A DNA stretch of 64,000 nt, from NCBI GenBank assembly GCA_964466295.1, contig CAYXRC010000003.1, forward strand, positions 87,059 to 151,058. Reading direction: 5' to 3'. The notes beneath the pieces were generated by a model. That model saw nothing but the letters and a program-made list of their open reading frames with translations. It made no database searches and was not told where the DNA came from. This DNA is from an uncultured Ruminococcus sp. GTDB taxonomy: Bacteria > Bacillota > Clostridia > CAKSNL01 > HGM11501. Shown piece after piece: positions 48,026 through 58,038 of this stretch; positions within the stretch are counted from its first letter, which is position 1, and the number at the start of each line of letters is the position of its first letter. The position numbers and the translations under genes were made by a program.

Positions 48026-48609
48026 TTTTTAAGCTGCTTGACCGTGAAATTATTCTCGGGCTGATTTTCAATATATTCAAAAATAGAATCAAGGTCGCTT
48101 GAAATGTGATAAAGGGAAGTACAGCTCTGAGGGATGAAATTTTTCTTTATTGCCCAGTCAAGATTTTCTTCAAGCTTATCATAGTATCCGTTTATACTGT
48201 ATACGGCTATGGGCTTGTTATGTCTTCCCAACTGTTTTAATGTAAGCACCTCAAAAAATTCTTCAAATGTGCCTATTCCGCCGGGAACAACAATAAATGC
48301 GTCCGCATTGTTTTCCATTTCTGCCTTACGCTCTCTCATATCTTTAGTATATTTAATTTTACTGCATTTATCAAATATCGGCTCGACGCCGGCCTCTAAA
48401 AAAAACGAGGGTATGACGCCGTATATATATCCGCCCATTTTATAAACTCCTCTTGCCGCCGCCCCCATAAGACCGGTGCCGCCGGCTCCGAAAACAAGCC
48501 CGTGTCCTCTCTTTGCTATTTCCTCTCCAAGCTCTTGAACCGCCTGAACATATGTTATATCAATCTTATCAGACGCCGCACCGTACACGCATATATTCAT
48601 TTTTGTCAT
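48022..48609 (-). CDS. LOG family (TIGR00730) cytokinin riboside 5'-monophosphate phosphoribohydrolase-like protein
   Basis: 195 aa with GAGGTGLMGAAA, the PGGIGTFEE motif and a Rossmann fold. Confidence 0.8.
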   Translation of the reverse strand: MTKMNICVYGAASDKIDITYVQAVQELGEEIAKRGHGLVFGAGGTGLMGAAARGVYKMGGYIYGVIPSFFLEAGVEPIFDKCSKIKYTKDMRERKAEMENNADAFIVVPGGIGTFEEFFEVLTLKQLGRHNKPIAVYSINGYYDKLEENLDWAIKKNFIPQSCTSLYHISSDLDSIFEYIENQPENNFTVKQLKN

Positions 48610-48675
48610 CTCCCTGCTTAAGCCTTACTATTAATTATATTGCTTTTTTATAAACTGTATACGTAAAATATTCTT

Positions 48676-48918
48676 TTATTGTAAAACACGATACATGGAA
48701 GAAGCGTTTTCCTTTCTTACGGTTTCGCTCACATCTGTTACTTCTACCTTGACGTTTTTTTCTCCGAAGGATATTTCAATTACATCCCCTATCTTAACCT
48801 CTGCGCCGGGATTTGCCCTTTTACCGTTTACCGACACTCTGCCTCCGTCGCACGCTTCCTTGGCTACCGTTCTTCTTTTTATGATTCTGGATACCTTTAA
48901 GTATTTGTCTATTCTCAA
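48676..48918 (-). CDS. S4-domain RNA-binding protein (YabO/Hsp15-like)
   Basis: 80 aa with the RIDKYL...R...K alpha-L S4 motif. It sits in the yabO position downstream of mazG. Confidence 0.75.
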   Translation of the reverse strand: MRIDKYLKVSRIIKRRTVAKEACDGGRVSVNGKRANPGAEVKIGDVIEISFGEKNVKVEVTDVSETVRKENASSMYRVLQ

Positions 48919-48937
48919 AAAATCACTTCCTTGCCTT

Positions 48938-48970
48938 AAAAAAACGGGTGCTTAAAGCACCCGTTTTTTT
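48938..48970. terminator. bidirectional terminator
   Basis: aaaaaaacgggtgc ttaaa gcacccgttttttt. Confidence 0.8.
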
Positions 48971-48972
48971 AA

Positions 48973-49245
48973 TTATTTTACGATGTCTTTAAGAGCCTTT
49001 CCTGCTTTGAAAGCGGGAACTGTTGTTTCGGGTATCTGAACCTCTGCTCCGGTCTGAGGATTTTTGCCGACGCGTGCTGCGCGCTTTCTTGCCTCAAAGG
49101 TTCCGAAGCCAACAAGGGAAATCTTATCACCCTTTTTAAGGGTCTCAGCTACAACGTCTGTAAAAGCGGTGAGAGCCTTTTCAGCGTCCTTCTTTGTGAG
49201 ACCTGTCTTTTCAACCATTGCCATTACCAGTTCTGTCTTATTCAT
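48973..49245 (-). CDS. hup: DNA-binding protein HU
   Basis: 90 aa from MNKTELV. A GGAGG ribosome-binding site lies 8 nt upstream. The HU signature GFGTFE..R.AR.GRNP.TG is present. The 102-aa track ORF is an upstream extension. Confidence 0.9.
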   Translation of the reverse strand: MNKTELVMAMVEKTGLTKKDAEKALTAFTDVVAETLKKGDKISLVGFGTFEARKRAARVGKNPQTGAEVQIPETTVPAFKAGKALKDIVK

Positions 49246-49311
49246 GCTGTTTTCCTCCTTAGAATTATTTAATATAAGCAATTTGCCGTTACAGGCAAAA
49301 TTCCTTCAATA

Positions 49312-50085
49312 TTACCGTTTTTCTCTTTTCTTTGCCTCTTCCCAAAGCCTGTCCTTTTCCTCCATGGGAATACCGGCAAAATCTTCTTCGCCATTATACA
49401 GCTTCTCTGTTGCGGCGAAACGCTTTATAAATTTTTTGTTAGCCGCACCTAAGGCTTCCTCCGGGTCGATTTTAAGCTTCCTTGCAAGATTAACCGCCGT
49501 AAAAAGCAAATCGCCTATTTCCTCTTCAACATCGCCGTTTCCCTTTAAGGCTTCATCAATCTCTGTTAATTCCTCCGAAAGCTTAGGCAAAACATCCTTC
49601 GCTTCTTTCCAGTCAAAACCTGCTTTAGCCGCACGCTTCTGAAGCTTTTCCGCACGTTTTAATTCAGGAAGCGACCGTACCACATCATAAAGGGAATCCG
49701 AATATGACCTAAAGCCTTTTTCAACCTTCTTTATCTCTTCCCATTTTACCAGAACTTCACTGCTTTTGTCAAGTACATTTTCACCAAATACATGGGGATG
49801 ACGTCTTACCATCTTTTCATACACATTTCCGGCTATGTCGTCAAGGTCATATTGTCCCTCTTCCTCGCCGATTACAGCGTGAAATATTATCTGCATCAAA
49901 AGGTCGCCGAGCTCATCCTTGGTTTTTTCGGGATCTCCCTCTAAAATGGCGTCATAAGCCTCGTACGCCTCCTCAAGGAGATTGTTTTTTATGGATTCGT
50001 GTGTCTGCTCTCTGTCCCAAGGACAGCCGCCCGGCGCCCTTAACGTCTTTATAAGATCTAAAAATTCATAAACTGTCTTTCTCAT
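49312..50085 (-). CDS. mazG: nucleoside triphosphate pyrophosphohydrolase MazG
   Basis: 257 aa with two tandem MazG EE..E..D motifs. Confidence 0.85.
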   Translation of the reverse strand: MRKTVYEFLDLIKTLRAPGGCPWDREQTHESIKNNLLEEAYEAYDAILEGDPEKTKDELGDLLMQIIFHAVIGEEEGQYDLDDIAGNVYEKMVRRHPHVFGENVLDKSSEVLVKWEEIKKVEKGFRSYSDSLYDVVRSLPELKRAEKLQKRAAKAGFDWKEAKDVLPKLSEELTEIDEALKGNGDVEEEIGDLLFTAVNLARKLKIDPEEALGAANKKFIKRFAATEKLYNGEEDFAGIPMEEKDRLWEEAKKREKR

Positions 50086-50097
50086 TTTTAAGGCCTC

Positions 50098-51780
50098 CTA
50101 TAAAAGTCTTAGCTTTTCCATTGCGGTGGCAAGCTTTTCTCCCTTAGGCAAAAGAAGAACGTCTTCCCTCTTAAGAGTTTTTGTAATCACTATCGCACCG
50201 AAATATATAACTACAGACAGCGCTATAGAGATAACAAGCGCTCCCGTTTCTCCGACTCTTCCGTTAAAAGAACGGTATCCGGCAAAAGTAAACACTGCCA
50301 TTAACGCTGTGCAAAATACAGGCTTGATAACAAAGTCCACTACCTTAAACCTTATGCCCGAATATTTTACTATCGCTATTACATCAAGTAAGACCACGGT
50401 AATATAGCAAAGAAGCGTTCCCACCGGCGCACCTTGAATATTTATTTCAGGACGGCTTACAAGAAAGAGATTTGTAAGAATTTTTACCGCTCCGCCTATA
50501 ACCATATTAAACACCGGTATCCATACCTTCCCCCAGGCTTGCAGGAGCGCATTTGCTATCTGCACTAAGGTCAGGAACGCAACCGCAATTCCCATTATAT
50601 TTAAAAGGACGCTGAAGCTCGGATCGTCGTATATAAGTGAAAAAATCGGCTTTGCCAAAACGCTCATTCCTGCCGCACATGGAAGCGCCAGCACGGTTGC
50701 TATCAAAAATGCCGAGCGTGTAAAGCTCTTGCTTTTCTTTTTATCCTTCTCTGCGTTAGCCGCAGAAATCGCCGGCACAACGCTTGTTGCTATTGCGGCG
50801 ATAATTACCGCCGGCATATTAAAAAGCGTTATGGCTCTTACAAGATAGCCGTAAACAAAAGCGGCCCTCTTTTCTGTAGCCTTCTCTTCGGTCTTTGCCT
50901 CCTCGGAAACGGATAAATACTCCTCCGATTTTTTCTCATCCAAATTTGAAAGGATAGAGCTTTCCGCCTCCTCCGACACGCTTATATAGCCTTTCATCTG
51001 ATTTGTGACCATTGCCGTATCAATAAACGATGTAAGAGTAAAAACAGATACTCCCAATGTTATCGGTACCGCTATTTTTACGACGTTTTTAAGCACCTCT
51101 TTCGAAGGTATTTTGGTCTTTTCTGATTTTTTTATTCCCTTACGCTTTTTTAAATAGCAAAGAGCTAAAAATACCGCTCCCAGAATACTTCCTGCGGTCA
51201 CTCCGAAAATAGCACCGGCAGAAGCGTACATTTTTCCATCAGACAAAAGCACCCATGCCAGACTTAATCCGATAATAAGCTTTGAAAGCGCCTCTATAAC
51301 CTCGCTGACTGCGGTAGGCAGCATATTATGCTTCCCTTGAAAATACCCTCTGAAAGCGCTCATACAGCCTACAAATATAAGGCTTGGACTCATTGCGGCG
51401 ATAGTTAGATATGCGTCGGGGTATCCAACCAGCGACGCAAAAAACTTTGCTCCGAAAAACAGGACTAAAAAGCCTATTGTGCAAAGACCCAAAAGAAGAA
51501 AAAATGACACCTTTAGGATTTTTTCCGACCCGTCATAATCGCCCCTGGAATCCGATTCCGCAACAAGCTTTGATATAGCCGTGGGAAGTCCTGCCGTGGA
51601 AATTACAAAAAGCAGATTATAAATTGTATAAGATGTGTTGTAAAGCGCCATTCCATCCGTTTGAAGCACAAATCTGTCCAGCGGTATTTTATATACGGCG
51701 CCTATTATTTTAACTATTATATTTGCGGCGGCAATAATCATTGCTCCGGCAATAAAACCGCTTCCTGTTTTTTTAGTCAT
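50098..51780 (-). CDS. MOP-superfamily polysaccharide/lipid-II flippase (SpoVB/YabM/MurJ-like)
   Basis: 560 aa with about 14 transmembrane helices. Its position upstream of mazG, the S4 gene and hup matches the Bacillus yabM-yabN-yabO neighbourhood. Confidence 0.75.
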   Translation of the reverse strand: MTKKTGSGFIAGAMIIAAANIIVKIIGAVYKIPLDRFVLQTDGMALYNTSYTIYNLLFVISTAGLPTAISKLVAESDSRGDYDGSEKILKVSFFLLLGLCTIGFLVLFFGAKFFASLVGYPDAYLTIAAMSPSLIFVGCMSAFRGYFQGKHNMLPTAVSEVIEALSKLIIGLSLAWVLLSDGKMYASAGAIFGVTAGSILGAVFLALCYLKKRKGIKKSEKTKIPSKEVLKNVVKIAVPITLGVSVFTLTSFIDTAMVTNQMKGYISVSEEAESSILSNLDEKKSEEYLSVSEEAKTEEKATEKRAAFVYGYLVRAITLFNMPAVIIAAIATSVVPAISAANAEKDKKKSKSFTRSAFLIATVLALPCAAGMSVLAKPIFSLIYDDPSFSVLLNIMGIAVAFLTLVQIANALLQAWGKVWIPVFNMVIGGAVKILTNLFLVSRPEINIQGAPVGTLLCYITVVLLDVIAIVKYSGIRFKVVDFVIKPVFCTALMAVFTFAGYRSFNGRVGETGALVISIALSVVIYFGAIVITKTLKREDVLLLPKGEKLATAMEKLRLL

Positions 51781-51928
51781 CGGAACCTCCGAATTATTTA
51801 ATTTTTATGTATAAAAAAATTTAAAAAGGGTATCATACTAAATGTGCAAAGGGCATTTAATTGCCGGCACAAAAAGTCTTTTTCATTATTCCCTTCTCCA
51901 ATTTATAAGGCATTTATTCTAATGCAGA

Positions 51929-51964
51929 GCAAAAGGGTTACTTTTTAAAAAGTAACTCTTTTGC
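51929..51964 (-). terminator. terminator downstream of rarA
   Basis: gcaaaagggttacttttt aaaa agtaactcttttgc, a stem with one G-U pair. Confidence 0.6.
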
Positions 51965-51966
51965 TT

Positions 51967-53241
51967 TTATTTTTTAAGCTCTCTTAAATATGCCTCGCAC
52001 GCCTTTTCGTATTTGTTATCTCCGAATTTATAATAGCTTTTTTCCTTTAGAGCGTCCGGCATATACTGTTGCTTAACATAATGCCCGGGATAGCTGTGAG
52101 GGTATTTATAGCCTCCTCCGTGACCGAGCTTTGCGGCGCCCTTATAGTGCGAATCCTTAAGGTGAGCCGGTATATCGCCTGTTTTGCCGGCCTCTAAGTC
52201 CGCCATTGCGGTCCATATTGCCTCCGCCGCACTGTTGGATTTAGGCGCAGTTGCCAAAAGTATCGTAGCCTCCGAGAGGGGAAGCGCCGCCTCCGGAAAT
52301 CCAAGCTGAAAGGCCGAGTCCACGCAGGCTTTCACAATAGATGCCGCCTGGGGATAGGCAAGCCCCACATCCTCCGAGGCTATGACCATAAGACGGCGTG
52401 CGATTATCTGAAGGTCGCCTGCGGCGATAAGACGCGCAAGATAATGCACCGCCGCATCCGGGTCGCTTCCTCTTATGGATTTCTGAAAGGCGCTTATTAT
52501 ATCGTAATGGCTGTCTCCGTCCTTATCATAGCGCACTGCCTTTTTCTGTATGCAATCCTCCGCCTTTTCTAAGGTGACCTTAACCGCCCCGTTTTCGTCC
52601 GGATTGGTGGCGATCACGCAAACCTCGACCGCATTTATAGCTTTTCTCACATCTCCTCCGGATAAATAAGCGATATGCTCAGCCGCCATCTCATCGAAGG
52701 TCAGATTGATTTTCTTTTTTTCCTTTATAAATCCGATAGCCCGGTTTACCGCTTTTTTTACCTCCTCCGGCGAAACCTCCTTAAATTCAAACACCGTACA
52801 CCGTGAAAGTATAGCGTTATAGATGTAAAAATAAGGATTTTCCGTTGTGCTGGCAATAAGCGTTATACGCCCGTTTTCTATAAACTCCAAAAGGGACTGC
52901 TGCTGCTTTTTATTAAAATTCTGTATTTCGTCAAGGTACAAAAGCACTCCGTCCATGCCCATTATACCGTCAAGCTCGTTTATAATGCTTTTTATGTCGC
53001 TTACTCCGGCTGTTGTGGCGTTTAAGCGATAGAGCCGCCTGCCGCTTTTTTCGGCGGCAATATTTGCAACGGTAGTTTTCCCCGTACCCGACGGACCGTA
53101 AAAAATCATATTGGGTATTTCTCCCGAATCCAATATGCTTCTTAAGGATTTTCCTTTTCCGAGAAGGTGCTCCTGTCCGACCACGTCGGAAAGCTCCTTA
53201 GGCCGTAATATATCCGCAAGAGGCCGTGACACCCTTTCCAC
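51967..53241 (-). CDS. rarA: replication-associated recombination protein A (MgsA/RarA AAA+ ATPase)
   Basis: 424 aa with the Walker A GPSGTGKTT and a C-terminal MgsA domain. Confidence 0.85.
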   Translation of the reverse strand: MERVSRPLADILRPKELSDVVGQEHLLGKGKSLRSILDSGEIPNMIFYGPSGTGKTTVANIAAEKSGRRLYRLNATTAGVSDIKSIINELDGIMGMDGVLLYLDEIQNFNKKQQQSLLEFIENGRITLIASTTENPYFYIYNAILSRCTVFEFKEVSPEEVKKAVNRAIGFIKEKKKINLTFDEMAAEHIAYLSGGDVRKAINAVEVCVIATNPDENGAVKVTLEKAEDCIQKKAVRYDKDGDSHYDIISAFQKSIRGSDPDAAVHYLARLIAAGDLQIIARRLMVIASEDVGLAYPQAASIVKACVDSAFQLGFPEAALPLSEATILLATAPKSNSAAEAIWTAMADLEAGKTGDIPAHLKDSHYKGAAKLGHGGGYKYPHSYPGHYVKQQYMPDALKEKSYYKFGDNKYEKACEAYLRELKK

Positions 53242-53246
53242 CTCGC

Positions 53247-54485
53247 TTATTTATAAAGAGGATATTTTTCGCAAAGCGTCAAAACCCTTGCTCTTGCCTC
53301 GTCTGCATAATTATCCTCGCCTAAAGCTACAAGCTTGATTATTCTTCCTACCTCCTGCATATCCTCTTCCTTAAATCCCCGTGTTGTAACGGCAGGAGAT
53401 CCCAGTCTTATGCCGCTTGTAACAAAGGGCTTTTCAGGATCAAAGGGAATGGCGTTTTTATTGCAGGTTATGCCCACATCATCCAGACGAGCTTCAAGCT
53501 CCTTACCGGTAAGGCCGAATTTTCTTAAATCAACCAGCATAAGGTGATTGTCCGTACCGCCGGACACAATATCAAAGCCCTCTCCTATAAGTGTATCGGA
53601 AAGTGCGGCGGCATTTTTTACTACCTGCTTCTGGTATTCCTTAAACTCATCGGTAAGAGCCTCGCCGAAGCATGCCGCTTTTCCGGCGATTACATGCATC
53701 AAGGGACCTCCCTGTATGCCGGGGAATATGGATTTATCTATCTTCTTGGCAATTTCCTCGGAATTTGTAAGTATAAGTCCGCCTCTGGGTCCTCTTAAGG
53801 TCTTGTGAGTAGTTGTGGTAACTACGTCCGCATATTCTACGGGATTGGGATGAAGTCCTGCCGCCACAATACCGGCAATATGCGCCATATCCACCATAAG
53901 ATACGCTCCCACCTCCTTGGCGATTTCGGAAAACTTCTTAAAGTCGATTATTCTCGAATATGCGCTGGCGCCGGCGATTATCAGCTTCGGCTTTACTGAA
54001 AGAGCGGTCTTTCTTACCTCGTCATAGTCGATAAGCCCCGTTTCCTCACTTACTCCGTAAGGCACAACATTAAAATATTTGCCCGACATATTAACGGGAG
54101 AGCCATGGCTTAAATGTCCGCCGTGGGCAAGATTCATGCCCATATATGTATCCCCGGGATTGAGAAGGGCGAAAAATACCGCCATATTTGCCTGTGCGCC
54201 GCTGTGAGGCTGAACATTCGCAAAATTTGCTCCGAAAAGTGCCTTCGCCCTGTCACGTGCAAGATTTTCCACTATGTCGACATATTCGCAGCCGCCGTAA
54301 TAGCGCTTGCCGGGATAGCCCTCGGCATATTTATTGGTAAGAGGAGAGCCAACTGCCTCCATTACCGCTTCAGAAACAAAGTTTTCAGAAGCGATAAGCT
54401 CTATCTTATTTTGCTGTCTTTTAACCTCTTTTTCTATTGCCTGTGCCAACTCGGGGTCTTTGTTTTTAAGTATTTCGGTAAACAT
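53247..54485 (-). CDS. glyA: serine hydroxymethyltransferase
   Basis: 412 aa with the PLP-lysine region [14 protein letters not shown]. Confidence 0.95.
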   Translation of the reverse strand: MFTEILKNKDPELAQAIEKEVKRQQNKIELIASENFVSEAVMEAVGSPLTNKYAEGYPGKRYYGGCEYVDIVENLARDRAKALFGANFANVQPHSGAQANMAVFFALLNPGDTYMGMNLAHGGHLSHGSPVNMSGKYFNVVPYGVSEETGLIDYDEVRKTALSVKPKLIIAGASAYSRIIDFKKFSEIAKEVGAYLMVDMAHIAGIVAAGLHPNPVEYADVVTTTTHKTLRGPRGGLILTNSEEIAKKIDKSIFPGIQGGPLMHVIAGKAACFGEALTDEFKEYQKQVVKNAAALSDTLIGEGFDIVSGGTDNHLMLVDLRKFGLTGKELEARLDDVGITCNKNAIPFDPEKPFVTSGIRLGSPAVTTRGFKEEDMQEVGRIIKLVALGEDNYADEARARVLTLCEKYPLYK

Positions 54486-54898
54486 TATTTATCCTCCGTA
54501 TCAATAATTTCCATAGAGCGGTCAAGAATATATTTTAACCGCTCGTATTTTTGTTCAATATAAAGTCCTCCCAAAAGCGCCTCAAAGCCCGTAGCGTGAC
54601 GGTAATCTGTCACGTCGGCATTCTTCGGAACGGTATTGCTTTTTGCGTTTCTTCCCCGTTTGTATAAAAGCACCTCATCCTCTGAAAGCTCGGGTAAAAT
54701 CTCGTAAATTGCCTTTGACTGGGCTGACGCCCTGACATATTTACTGCAAAGGCTGTGAAGCTCGCTGACCTTTTTATCCCCGTGCTCCGTTATGCGGCAC
54801 CTGACAAAAAGAGTATGCAGACTGTCGCCTATATAAGCAAGCACGAGGGGAGAATACTCTGATGCGGTTTTTTCTTTCTCCGTCATATTTTCTTCCAC
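54485..54898 (-). CDS. mrnC: mini-ribonuclease 3 (Mini-III)
   Basis: 137 aa carrying the RNase III catalytic signature in AYIGDSL and a later E. The conserved cysE-cysS-mrnC order supports the call. Confidence 0.8.
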   Translation of the reverse strand: MEENMTEKEKTASEYSPLVLAYIGDSLHTLFVRCRITEHGDKKVSELHSLCSKYVRASAQSKAIYEILPELSEDEVLLYKRGRNAKSNTVPKNADVTDYRHATGFEALLGGLYIEQKYERLKYILDRSMEIIDTEDK

Positions 54899-56268
54899 TT
54901 AACGCCGCTTTGCGTATCCTCTAACACTATGCCCATCGCCTTAAGCTCATCTCTTATTTCGTCCGCACGCTTATAATTTTTCTCTTTTCTCGCATTGGTG
55001 CGCTCTTCTATTAATGCCTCAACCTTTTCGTCAAGCGTGCCCGTTTCCTCCTCGGTTTTAATTCCAAGAACGGAGCAAAGCTCGTTCACAGTATCAAGAG
55101 CGCACTTTATATCTGACATTGAAAGCTTATCCGCCCTTGTGTTTATATATTTTACCGCCTCAAATATGGAGGCTGTTGCGTCTGCGGTATTTAAATCGTC
55201 GTCCATGCCTGCCTTAAACGCCTGCTTAAAAGAGTCCATTTTATCCGAAAGCTCTTTATCTAATTTTCCATCCTTTGCCGAGCTTTCCAAAAACTTAAGA
55301 TTTGCCACGCAGTTTTTTATTCTTTCAAGACCTGCCTCGGCGGACGCCATAAGGGTATCGGAAAAATTCATCGGGCTTCTGTAGTGGGAGCTTAAAAGGA
55401 AAAATCTTATTGCGTTATAGCTGTATTTTTTCGCAACGTCCCTTACCGTGAAAAAGTTTCCCAAGGATTTTGACATCTTCCTGTTGTCAACATTTATATA
55501 TGCGTTATGCATCCAGTAATTTACGAAGCAGCAACCGTTGGCGCACTCGCTCTGGGCAATTTCGTTTGTATGGTGAGGGAAAATAAGATCCACCGCACCG
55601 CCGTGTATGTCAATGGTTTTCCCAAGATATTTATTGCTCATGGCGCTGCACTCGATATGCCATCCGGGTCTTCCCTCTCCCCAGGGGCTTTTCCACGAGG
55701 GCTCGCCCGGCTTTACCGCCTTCCACAAGGCAAAATCAAGAGGCGAACGCTTTCTTTCGTCTACATCAATTCTCGCTCCGCTTCTTAAATCGTCAAGGCT
55801 CTGATGTATAAGCTTGCCGTAATTTTCGCACTTTTCAACTTCAAAATAAACATCTCCGTCTACTTCGTAAGCGTAGCCCTTATCCATAAGCTCCTTAATC
55901 ATATCAATGATAGCATCTATATTTTCCGTTGCCTTGGGGTGAACTGTCGCTTCCTTTATATTAAGCCCCTTAGCGTCCTTAAAATACTCCTCGATATATT
56001 TGTCCGCTATCTTTTTGACCGTTGTATCTTCTTCTGCGGCTCGCTTTATCATTTTATCGTCAATATCCGTGAAATTCTGCACAAAATTAACCTTATAGCC
56101 TATGTATTCAAGATACCTTCTTAACGTGTCGAATACCACGAACATTCTGGCGTTTCCTATGTGGAAATAGTTGTAAACCGTAGGTCCGCAGGCGTAAATA
56201 TTAACCTCACCCGGATTTATCGGCTTAAGCTCTTCCTTTTTCATTGTCATCGTATTGTATATCTTCAC
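54883..56268 (-). CDS. cysS: cysteine--tRNA ligase
   Basis: 461 aa with HIGN (HIGH motif), KMSKS and Zn-binding cysteines. Confidence 0.95.
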   Translation of the reverse strand: MKIYNTMTMKKEELKPINPGEVNIYACGPTVYNYFHIGNARMFVVFDTLRRYLEYIGYKVNFVQNFTDIDDKMIKRAAEEDTTVKKIADKYIEEYFKDAKGLNIKEATVHPKATENIDAIIDMIKELMDKGYAYEVDGDVYFEVEKCENYGKLIHQSLDDLRSGARIDVDERKRSPLDFALWKAVKPGEPSWKSPWGEGRPGWHIECSAMSNKYLGKTIDIHGGAVDLIFPHHTNEIAQSECANGCCFVNYWMHNAYINVDNRKMSKSLGNFFTVRDVAKKYSYNAIRFFLLSSHYRSPMNFSDTLMASAEAGLERIKNCVANLKFLESSAKDGKLDKELSDKMDSFKQAFKAGMDDDLNTADATASIFEAVKYINTRADKLSMSDIKCALDTVNELCSVLGIKTEEETGTLDEKVEALIEERTNARKEKNYKRADEIRDELKAMGIVLEDTQSGVKWKKI

Positions 56269-56888
56269 TTTTTCTCCTCCTTAAGCTCGCTGATGATTTT
56301 TTTAAGGTCATCAATTTCCTTCTGCATACGGCAAAATTCCTGGGAAACAGGATCGGGTATATGCACCTGGTCAAGGTCAACCCGTATGTTTCCTCTCTTT
56401 ACAATGCGCCCGGGCACGCCCACGCATGTAGAGTCCGGCGGGACCTCTCTTAATACAACTGCATTCGCCGCAATTTTTGAATTATCTCCGACCTTAAAAG
56501 GTCCCAAAACCTTGGCGCCGGCGCCGATCATTACGTTATTGCCTATGGTAGGATGACGTTTTCCGTGATCCTTTCCCGTACCGCCCAAGGTCACGCCCTG
56601 ATAAATGGTACAGTTATCTCCCACCTCAGCGGTTTCGCCAATAACCACTCCGGAGCCGTGGTCAATCAAAAGATTCTTACCGATTTTCGCTCCCGGATGA
56701 ATTTCAATCAGGGTAAACCATCTTACAATCTGCGAGATAAGCCTCGCAAGAAAATAAAATTTTATTTTATAGAAAAAATGTGCGATCCTGTGCCAGAAAA
56801 TAGCGTGCACGCAAGGGTAATTAAAAAATATACTTATATTATTTGTTGCAGCCGGATCTCTTTCCTTTATTGATTTAAAATAATTCAA
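56265..56888 (-). CDS. cysE: serine O-acetyltransferase
   Basis: 207 aa. The left-handed beta-helix hexapeptide repeats include GAKIGKNLLIDHGSGVVIGETAEVGDNCTIYQGVTLGG. TTG start 10 nt after AAGGGG. Confidence 0.9.
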   Translation of the reverse strand: MNYFKSIKERDPAATNNISIFFNYPCVHAIFWHRIAHFFYKIKFYFLARLISQIVRWFTLIEIHPGAKIGKNLLIDHGSGVVIGETAEVGDNCTIYQGVTLGGTGKDHGKRHPTIGNNVMIGAGAKVLGPFKVGDNSKIAANAVVLREVPPDSTCVGVPGRIVKRGNIRVDLDQVHIPDPVSQEFCRMQKEIDDLKKIISELKEEKK

Positions 56889-56925
56889 AGCTTCATAGCC
56901 CCTTAAAATATTTATTCATTTTACT

Positions 56926-56954
56926 ATTATACATAAAAATTTCAAATCTTGCAA
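56926..56954 (-). promoter_or_regulatory. sigma-A promoter TTGCAA-17-TATAAT about 40 nt upstream of cysE
   Basis: On the minus strand, the sequence reads ttgcaagatttgaaatttttatgTATAATag. Confidence 0.55.
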
Positions 56955-57002
56955 TAGGTTTTTAAGGTTTTATTTAAAAACAGTAAAAAAGGGTAGGTTA
57001 TT

Positions 57003-57283
57003 TTAGCCTGACGCTGCCAATTCAAGCCCGCCTCAAATGGCGAAATTTCGGTATCTTTTGGCTTGTCGTCTTTGAAAGGCACAAAGCCTTCCTGCATCCT
57101 CCGCACCAAAATCTACTAAGAAATTTCATCCATTTAAGGTCGAAGAATTTTGAAAGAGAAAATTTTGGGTATATCAAGGCAAAAGCGGAGCAAATACTTT
57201 TTTGTATTTGCGAGCATTTTAACAAAGATAGAGCAAAAATTTGCCTTTCAAAATCGATGCTTGAATTGGTATCGTCAGGCTAA
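57003..57283. repeat. element of about 280 bp bounded by imperfect inverted repeats of about 25 bp, extendable to about 45 bp (MITE-like or long-range RNA helix)
   Basis: The left arm ttagcctgacgctgccaattcaagc (57003-57027) is the reverse complement of the right arm gcttgaattggtatcgtcaggctaa (57259-57283), with 3 mismatches. The similarity continues outward into aaaggg(t/c)agg. The element lies in the spoIIR-cysE intergenic region. Confidence 0.6.
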
Positions 57284-57302
57284 GCCTGCCCTTTTGTATT
57301 TT

Positions 57303-57900
57303 TCAAAAAAGTTCTAAAATTTTGAATTTTATTTTTATCTTTTTATCCTCACTGTCCGTAATTATCTTATAATTTTCCTCACCGAGAGAGTCTGACAGCA
57401 CCTTTAAGGATTCCTCCGGAGCAGTAAGGCTTAAAGGGTCTGCCACGCAAAGGGGCGGATACATTACGCACCACCAGTTTTTTCCGCCTCCGCTTCCGAT
57501 TTTTACGTTTACTGCGTCATATCTGCCCTTGGGCAAGGCGATATTTTTATAAAATTTTGTCGGAAAATCCGTCTTTCCCACACTTACCGTTACAGGGTAG
57601 TCATACCCCTCCCTTAAGACTATACTCTCGGCGGCTTTTATTATTTCCTCTTTGCTTTCCTCTGCAAGAGTCATCGCTTCATTTTTGCTTTCGGTATTTT
57701 GAGCAATTTGGGAAAACTTATCCAAAACCGCATCCCTTACCTTAAGCTTAAGTGCCTGATCCTTCTCAGAATCGCTGTTTGCTACCACATGAAGCCTTAA
57801 TACAGAAGAAGCAATGTTGCTCTTCGTCTGCTCCGCATAATTATAAAGTCCTGACGATAATAGCGCTATGGCGGCTAAAAACACATATATTTTTTTCATA
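57303..57900 (-). CDS. spoIIR: stage II sporulation protein R
   Basis: 199 aa from MKKIYVF, with a signal peptide and a GGAGG ribosome-binding site. The SpoIIR pattern LRLHVVANSDSEKDQALKLKVRDAVL is present. Confidence 0.8.
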
Positions 57901-58038
57901 AATACCTCCGCATGCTTTTTTGCATAACAAAACCAATCCATTCGTTCTGTTCCTTAAATAACCGGTCTTCTGGAAAGGCAAAAAAATTATGCTTCCCTTT
58001 GTCTATGATTTTTGCACGCTTTGGAAATATTTATACAT

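Noticed and set aside
57022-57225. 67-aa minus-strand ORF inside the inverted-repeat element
   Set aside because: It starts at a TTG with no ribosome-binding site and has a low-complexity Cys/Lys/Phe composition. It lies entirely within the IR-bounded non-coding element, so it is most likely a chance ORF.
56889-57300. Expected Cys T-box leader upstream of cysE
   Set aside because: I searched the minus strand for AGAGA, the GNUGA K-turn, a UGC/UGU specifier context and the AAUUAGGGUGGNACCGCG T-box sequence. None was found, and a sigma-A promoter sits only about 40 nt from the cysE start.
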